Assembly: GCA_044345405.1 (NCBI GenBank)
Contig: JBIJBE010000007.1
Span: forward strand, 37,813-101,812
Source of the DNA: Bdellovibrionota bacterium
Lineage (GTDB): Bacteria > Bdellovibrionota_C > UBA2361 > OMII01
Reading direction: 5' to 3'
DNA: 64,000 nt
Under the pieces are notes generated by a model, which was given only the letters and a program-made list of their open reading frames with translations, was not told where the DNA came from and ran no database searches. Positions 58,011-64,000 of this stretch are shown here, one piece after another. Made by a program: the position numbers and the translations under genes. Within the stretch, counting starts at the first letter, position 1, and every line of letters starts with the position of its first letter.

Positions 58011-61000
58011 GTGACAGCCCTTTCCCTTCACTTCCTTTCCCGCCTTCCTCGTTCCGTTTCAGCTCTCGCCGCGAAAGCTGGATTTAGCTCCACCGGTCAA
58101 CAGGCCGAATCCCCGTGGAGAGCCGAGGTGCTCAGTCGAGAGGCACTCGCTGACCTCGCGCTCCAACTCGCCGAATCTCATCGGAGCACCTTTGGCCGTG
58201 GACGCTCCACTCGACTCCTCCAAACCTACAAGCACAATCGAGAGGTATTGAAACGCGTGTATCAGTGCCTCGCTGAGGCCGCTCACAATGGAGAAGCCCT
58301 CACGGCGGGCTCAGAGTGGATGCTCGATAACTATCACGTTGTTGAGCGTCACATCGCCGCGATCAAAAAGTATCTTCCATGGGGCTTCTACAAGACCCTT
58401 CCGATTTTTAAGAGCGGTGACCTGCAGGGTTTTCCGCGAATCTACAGTCTCGCGCTCGAATTTGTGGTTCACACGGACGCCGCCATGGACGCGAATCTCG
58501 CGGCGGTGTTCATCTCCTCGTATCAGCAGAAGCTTGAACTTTCATCGGGCGAGCTCTGGGCCTTCCCAATCATGCTGCGATTCGCGCTGTTCGAGAATCT
58601 CCGTCGACTTATGCGAGAGGCTGAAGCCGAACTGATCGCGCGGCGAGACGTATTCACCCTCGTCGACTCTGTTCTCGGCGATGAATCCAAGCCGGGCACC
58701 GAGATTATGAACGAGCTCGCTCGTCGTCTCGCGGAACGAGAGAGTTTCCTCCCGCACGGCGCGCTTGAGCTCATTAAGCGCCTTCGAGTGCGTGGCCGCA
58801 AAGCCTTCTTGGCCCTTCAGTTCATCGAGGAGACGCTCAGGGAGCGTGGGCTCGATCACGAGGAGCTTCAAAGAACACAGGACCACATCCAAGCGGCGCG
58901 ACAGATCTCCGTTGGAAATACTCTGACCTCCCTTACGGCGATAGACCAGATGAACTGGCGTGATTGGTTCGAGGGGGTGAGTCTCGCGGACCAAATACTC
59001 AGAAACGACCCCGCTCGCACCTATCAGAAGTGCGACTTCCCCACGCGGGATCATATTCGTCATGAGATCGAACGGATCGCGAAACGTCTCGGGATTACAG
59101 ACTCCGCTGTAGCGGCGGCCGCTCTCGCGTGCGCGCAATCCGCCGCGCACCACTTTCCTGAATTCGATAACGAATCACTGTGCCAAAAATACGTCGGATC
59201 TTTCTTCGTTAGCGATGGACGACACGCTCTTGAGGCGAAGCTCGGATATAAGCCAAGGCTCGTTACTCGACTCGTTCGCCTCCTTGAACACCATGCCTTC
59301 TTCACCTACTTCACCGCGATATCAGCGGTGACCCTCTGTCTCATGGGGTATATCCTTCTGATCTCAGAGTGGGCGGAGGTATCGGTATGGATGGCTCTGG
59401 CGACGCTCGCGATCGCGCTCCTTCCGATGTCCGAACTTGGCTCGAGCGTCATTCAATATCTGGTTACCCGCTGCGTACGCCCTCGCCCTCTTCCAAAACT
59501 CTCCTTTGAGGGGAAGGTTCCCGAGAGTCTGCAAACGCTCGTTACCATCCACACGATCTTTAACAGCACGAGCTCGATTCAGCGGGCCATCGATGGTCTT
59601 GAGGTCCGATTCCTCGCCAACGACGATGCCGCGTTTACCTATGTGCTCATGGCGGATCTTCCTGACGCGTCGAGTGAGCACATCCCTCTCGACGAGGAGA
59701 TCATCGGTATCGCGCAGGACGGCATTAACACCCTCAATCTCCGACACGCCTCGAGTGGCCCTATTCGTTTCGCTCTCTTCTTCCGCGATAGGTTGTGGAA
59801 CCCAAGCGAGGGGAAGTGGATGGCATGGGAACGCAAGCGTGGAAAAATTGAGGAGTTGAACCGATTCCTTCTTGGTGACGACTCAACAACGCTACGACTG
59901 ATCGTCGGGGACTCAACCGCCCTTCGAAGCACGCGTTATATTATCACGCTCGATAGCGATACGGCGCTCAGCCGAGATGTCGCTAAGAAACTGGTGGCGA
60001 CAATTCACCATCCACTCAACCAACCGGTCATCGATCCTACGCTCGGTCGAGTTGTGCGCGGTTACGGCTTGATTCAGCCCCGAGTCACCATTTCGCTTAC
60101 CTCCGCCACTAGCAGCTGGTTCTCACAGCTGTTCTCAGGACAAGCGGGACTCGATCCGTATACCAACGTCGTCTCTGACGTCTACCAGGACCTTTTTGCC
60201 GAGGGTTCCTACGTTGGTAAGGGAATTTACGATATCAAGGCGTTTGAGACCGTTATGGAAGGGAAGGTTCCCGAGAACACCCTTCTCAGCCACGACCTTT
60301 TTGAGGGCTCCTTCGCCCGAGTTGGACTAGCGTCGGATATTGAGCTCTACGACGACTTCCCGACACGCTACATGGCCTACTCGAAGCGTCTTCACCGGTG
60401 GGTACGTGGTGACTGGCAGCTTCTTCCGTGGCTCCTGCCACGACTGATAACCGGCAATCGAGTTCCCAAATCTCGTCTCTCTCCACTGCACAAGTGGAAG
60501 ATGATCGACAATCTCCGCCGAAGCCTCCTCGCCCCAACGTGCCTGGCGGCGCTCGTTGGTGGATGGCTCTTCCTTCCGGGTGGACCACTCATGTGGACCG
60601 TACTCGTCTCGCTCGTGATCGCCTTCCCAGTGGTGACCGGTCTCGCCAGCGTGTTCGCGCTCCCAACGGTCGGCATATCTCTTGGTGGTTTCCTAGGTGA
60701 TATCGGCGTCGACCTCTGGAGAAACGGGGCCCGCGCGTTCTGCGCCATCTGTTTCCTTCCGCACCAGGCGGCGCTCATGCTGAACGCCATCACCACCACA
60801 CTTGGTCGAGTCTTTGTCACTCATCGACACCTGCTTGAGTGGGAACCAGCGGAACGCACCGAACGTCGAACAAAAAATGAGACACGGGACTTCATACGGC
60901 TCCTCACCCCTTATCTAACGGTCATCGCCGCCCTTGCCGCCTACGCGGCCTACAGGCAACCATCCACGTTGGCGTTCTCCTTACCCTTCATCGCGCTGTG

Positions 61001-64000
61001 GACCGCCTCGCCGTTTGTGGCGAAGCGGATCTCAACTCCGCTTGAGTCTGAGAGGCAGGCACTGACACCGAGCGACCTGCACTACCTGCGAGAGGCCGCG
61101 TTCGACACATGGCAGTTCTTCAACCACTACATACGTGAGGAGTACAACTACCTCATGCCGGACAATCTTCAGATGGTCCCGCACGAGGTGGTCGCTGAAC
61201 GTACATCGCCAACGAATCTCTCGCTCTCTATCTTGAGCGTATTCTCGGCATACGACCTCGGCTTTGTACCATTTCATCGAGCGGTACACCGTTCATCGAC
61301 AACGCTCAACACCATCTCGCGCATGGAGAAGTATCGAGGCCACCTCTTCAACTGGTACGCGATCCGCAACCTCGCGCCGTTAAGTCCTCGATACATCTCG
61401 ACGGTGGATAGCGGAAATTTGCTCGGCCACCTCTACACCTTGCAAACTATCCTCGAGAGTTCACCGACCACTCCGCTCGCGACGGAACACCACAAGAACG
61501 CTCTCCTCGCTCGAATAGAAATGGTCCTTCGCGAACGGGATGGCGCCTCCCCAGAGGAGCTCGCCACCCTCGCGACACTCAATGCCGCTCTACGCGGATG
61601 CAAGTCAGGAGACACCCTTACCTGGCTCTCTATCCTTGAGGACCACTCACAGTTCCTGACCACGCTAGCTCAACGCCACTCGTACAGCGGCGAGGAGCGA
61701 CATAAGCCCCTCGTGAAGCTTGGCGCGGTCGCGGAGGATGTGCTGCATCTCATCCCCCTTGTGTCCTGGGTCCATCCGCTTCAAAAGATCAGGCGCCACT
61801 GCGAGACCGCCGCGGTTAAGCACGCCGGTTCTCAACCGGGCGCGTTAACGCAACTCGCGACCAAGGTAACATCTATCCTTCAATCCGCGGGAAGAGCGAC
61901 CTTTACGCCGAATTCGTTGATGATTCTCTTCACCCAAGTCGAGGAGTTGCTTCAGGAGGCAGCGCCAGAGCTCCCAGCGGACCTTCAGCATGAGGCGCTC
62001 GGGTCGATGGTCGCCGCTCGCGATGTGCTTCTTTCTTGCGAGCAAACGATCGGTGTGATGTACCAGCAGGTAACAGCTCTCATCGATGGAATGGATTTCT
62101 CGTTCCTTTATGATGAGTACCGTTCGCTCTTTACCATCGGATTCAACGCGGAACACGCGCGCAAAGACCAAAGCTTCTACGACCTCCTCGCCTCTGAGGC
62201 TCGACTCTTAAGCTTCCTCGCGGTTGCCCGTGGAGAGGTTCCTCAGAAGCACTGGTTCTCGCTGGGACGTTCATTGGCCAATACCCCAGGAGGCAAGGCT
62301 CTCGTGTCATGGAGCGGCACGATGTTCGAGTACCTCATGCCATTCCTGGTTATGCGGGACTTCCCTACAACCATCCTCGGTCGAACAGGCCGAGCGGTCG
62401 TTGAGGCGCAGATTCACTACGCGAAACGCCAATCGGTTCCGTGGGGAATCTCAGAATCAGCGTATAGTGGTGTGGATTTCGAGAAGACCTATCAGTACCG
62501 CGCGTTCGGTGTACCGGGACTTGGACTTAAGCGTGGACTCTCCGAGGACCTCGTGATCTCGCCATACTCGACCTTCCTCGCCCTTCCGTACTCGCCGTCG
62601 GTCGAAACCTGTATCTCAAACCTTCGACGGATAGAGCATGAGGGAGCGCGCGGTGTGTACGGATTCTATGAGTCTGTGGATTACACGCCCGGGCGAACGT
62701 TGAGAGCCGATGGGAAGCACATCGTGCAATCTTTCTTCGCGCATCACCAAGGAATGTCGCTCGTGAGCATCAACAACGTGCTCAATGACGCGGTCATGAT
62801 CGATCGATTCCACGCGCAACCGGTCATTAAGTCAGCGGAGCTTCTTCTTCATGAGAAGTTCCCTGATCGCGTATCGGCAATCGTCCCTCACGAGCCTGAG
62901 CTGAAGACGATCATCGTCGAGGAGGCTCCAAAGGAGGAAGCGGGTCTTGAGGTGATTACATCTCCTCACACCGCCGCTCCTCGAGTTCGTGTCCTCTCGA
63001 ACGGTCGGTACTCCGTCATGGTCGATTCATCGGGTGGCGGATTCAGCTTCTTCAACAAGACCGCGATGCTCACCCGGTGGCGAGATGATCCTACCACCAC
63101 TCAGCACGGTTCGTTCATCTACATCAAAGATATCAAGGGTGGAAAGCTGTGGTCGGCCGCCTACCAACCTACCAAGGTTGAGCCCGAGTCATACGAGGCG
63201 ATCTTCACGCCGGGGCGCGCCGAATTTAAGCGCTTCGACGATAAGATCTTCGTCCATACCGAGATCACCGTGGCACCAGAGGATGACGTTGAGCTTCGAC
63301 GGGTAACTATCACCAACCTCGGCGATACGGAGCGAGAGCTTGAGGTAACAAGCTACCTTGAGCCGGTTCTCCTCTCTCGCCAAGGTGACTCAGCGCATCC
63401 AGCGTTCAGCAAACTCTTCATAGGGGCGGAGGTTTTGAAGGACGCGGACGCGATTCTATGCTCTCGTCGTCCACGCACGGAGCATGAGGAGGAGCTCTTC
63501 CTCTTCCACCGAGTGACCCTCAAGACGAGCTATGCGCCGATCCGCTTCGAGACATCCCGGGCTAACTTTATCGGACGCAGCGGCTCCATGCAGGAGCCTC
63601 TCCTCTTCACCCAAGAGTCAACCGAAAGCCGTAACCACGGTGGAAACATCGATCCTATCGCCTCGCTTGGATGTAAGGTTCGCCTTGCTCGGGGAGCGAG
63701 TGAAACGATCGTCTTCATCACTGGAGCCGCGCGCTCTCGCAAAGACGCGGTCGGGTTGGTGGACCGTTACCAAGAGTTACTCCACGTAAGCCGCGCCTTC
63801 GAGCTGTCATGGAGCAGAGCTCAGGTCGAGCTTCGTAGCCACGCCTATACAGCGGCACAAGCCGATCTCTTCCATCGTTTGGCGGGATGCCTCTTCTACA
63901 GCGAAGAGACCGTGCGCGGTTCCGCTGATTCCATACTCGCCAACAGGCTCCCGCAGTCTGGTCTGTGGCGATTCGGGATCTCAGGAGATCTTCCGATCGT
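58011..64000 (+). CDS. ndvB: Cyclic beta-1,2-glucan synthase (Cgs/NdvB/ChvB), truncated by the window end; not in the ORF track
   Basis: One frame from GTG 58011 carries EWMLDNY, GELWAFPIMLR, WMAWERKRGK (59817), ITLDSDT, SHDLFEG, RWVRGDWQ, RTSPTN, STVDSGN, YDLLASEARL, SWSGTMFEYLM, WGISESAY (62442) and a GH94-like LSNGRY region. Confidence 0.95.
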   Translation, partial: MTALSLHFLSRLPRSVSALAAKAGFSSTGQQAESPWRAEVLSREALADLALQLAESHRSTFGRGRSTRLLQTYKHNREVLKRVYQCLAEAAHNGEALTAGSEWMLDNYHVVERHIAAIKKYLPWGFYKTLPIFKSGDLQGFPRIYSLALEFVVHTDAAMDANLAAVFISSYQQKLELSSGELWAFPIMLRFALFENLRRLMREAEAELIARRDVFTLVDSVLGDESKPGTEIMNELARRLAERESFLPHGALELIKRLRVRGRKAFLALQFIEETLRERGLDHEELQRTQDHIQAARQISVGNTLTSLTAIDQMNWRDWFEGVSLADQILRNDPARTYQKCDFPTRDHIRHEIERIAKRLGITDSAVAAAALACAQSAAHHFPEFDNESLCQKYVGSFFVSDGRHALEAKLGYKPRLVTRLVRLLEHHAFFTYFTAISAVTLCLMGYILLISEWAEVSVWMALATLAIALLPMSELGSSVIQYLVTRCVRPRPLPKLSFEGKVPESLQTLVTIHTIFNSTSSIQRAIDGLEVRFLANDDAAFTYVLMADLPDASSEHIPLDEEIIGIAQDGINTLNLRHASSGPIRFALFFRDRLWNPSEGKWMAWERKRGKIEELNRFLLGDDSTTLRLIVGDSTALRSTRYIITLDSDTALSRDVAKKLVATIHHPLNQPVIDPTLGRVVRGYGLIQPRVTISLTSATSSWFSQLFSGQAGLDPYTNVVSDVYQDLFAEGSYVGKGIYDIKAFETVMEGKVPENTLLSHDLFEGSFARVGLASDIELYDDFPTRYMAYSKRLHRWVRGDWQLLPWLLPRLITGNRVPKSRLSPLHKWKMIDNLRRSLLAPTCLAALVGGWLFLPGGPLMWTVLVSLVIAFPVVTGLASVFALPTVGISLGGFLGDIGVDLWRNGARAFCAICFLPHQAALMLNAITTTLGRVFVTHRHLLEWEPAERTERRTKNETRDFIRLLTPYLTVIAALAAYAAYRQPSTLAFSLPFIALWTASPFVAKRISTPLESERQALTPSDLHYLREAAFDTWQFFNHYIREEYNYLMPDNLQMVPHEVVAERTSPTNLSLSILSVFSAYDLGFVPFHRAVHRSSTTLNTISRMEKYRGHLFNWYAIRNLAPLSPRYISTVDSGNLLGHLYTLQTILESSPTTPLATEHHKNALLARIEMVLRERDGASPEELATLATLNAALRGCKSGDTLTWLSILEDHSQFLTTLAQRHSYSGEERHKPLVKLGAVAEDVLHLIPLVSWVHPLQKIRRHCETAAVKHAGSQPGALTQLATKVTSILQSAGRATFTPNSLMILFTQVEELLQEAAPELPADLQHEALGSMVAARDVLLSCEQTIGVMYQQVTALIDGMDFSFLYDEYRSLFTIGFNAEHARKDQSFYDLLASEARLLSFLAVARGEVPQKHWFSLGRSLANTPGGKALVSWSGTMFEYLMPFLVMRDFPTTILGRTGRAVVEAQIHYAKRQSVPWGISESAYSGVDFEKTYQYRAFGVPGLGLKRGLSEDLVISPYSTFLALPYSPSVETCISNLRRIEHEGARGVYGFYESVDYTPGRTLRADGKHIVQSFFAHHQGMSLVSINNVLNDAVMIDRFHAQPVIKSAELLLHEKFPDRVSAIVPHEPELKTIIVEEAPKEEAGLEVITSPHTAAPRVRVLSNGRYSVMVDSSGGGFSFFNKTAMLTRWRDDPTTTQHGSFIYIKDIKGGKLWSAAYQPTKVEPESYEAIFTPGRAEFKRFDDKIFVHTEITVAPEDDVELRRVTITNLGDTERELEVTSYLEPVLLSRQGDSAHPAFSKLFIGAEVLKDADAILCSRRPRTEHEEELFLFHRVTLKTSYAPIRFETSRANFIGRSGSMQEPLLFTQESTESRNHGGNIDPIASLGCKVRLARGASETIVFITGAARSRKDAVGLVDRYQELLHVSRAFELSWSRAQVELRSHAYTAAQADLFHRLAGCLFYSEETVRGSADSILANRLPQSGLWRFGISGDLPI

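Noticed and set aside
58059-63789. Numerous short ORFs suggesting a gene-poor or pseudogenised region
   Set aside because: They are alternative frames of the single long cgs/ndvB frame, which has no stop in the window and so was omitted from the track.

Overview
This is a bacterial chromosomal window from a moderately GC-rich Gram-negative. The gene style suggests a Deltaproteobacteria/Bdellovibrionota-like lineage (inference only). It is mostly dispersed housekeeping genes: dnaB, argA-argC-argB, argJ, yebC, dapF, rlmC, gnd, lepA, uxs, ugd, fcl, a lone nuoF and ctaA. Envelope genes include a UbiA/DprE1/DprE2 polyprenyl-phospho-arabinose module, an AT3-SGNH acyltransferase, two ABC half-transporters and a cyclic beta-1,2-glucan synthase that runs off the window end and is missing from the ORF track. 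I recognised no rRNA, tRNA, CRISPR array, transposase, integrase or reverse transcriptase. Best candidates for undescribed biology: (1) a divergent pair of a FecR-TPR-beta-barrel outer-membrane receptor (NsrA-like) and a Ser/Thr kinase with a C-terminal CHASE2 sensor, a putative kinase-output trans-envelope signalling system; (2) an intact RibBA-like protein that has lost catalytic motifs in both domains and is translationally coupled to an HD hydrolase; (3) a 'GWCTA'-motif protein ending in recently expanded, surface-variable 21-aa LRR-like repeats; (4) a ~30-bp module repeatedly nested in the loops of REP-like palindromes, along with ACG-heptamer arrays and long nested intergenic inverted repeats. 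All family assignments come from motif recognition by eye; no database searches were run.
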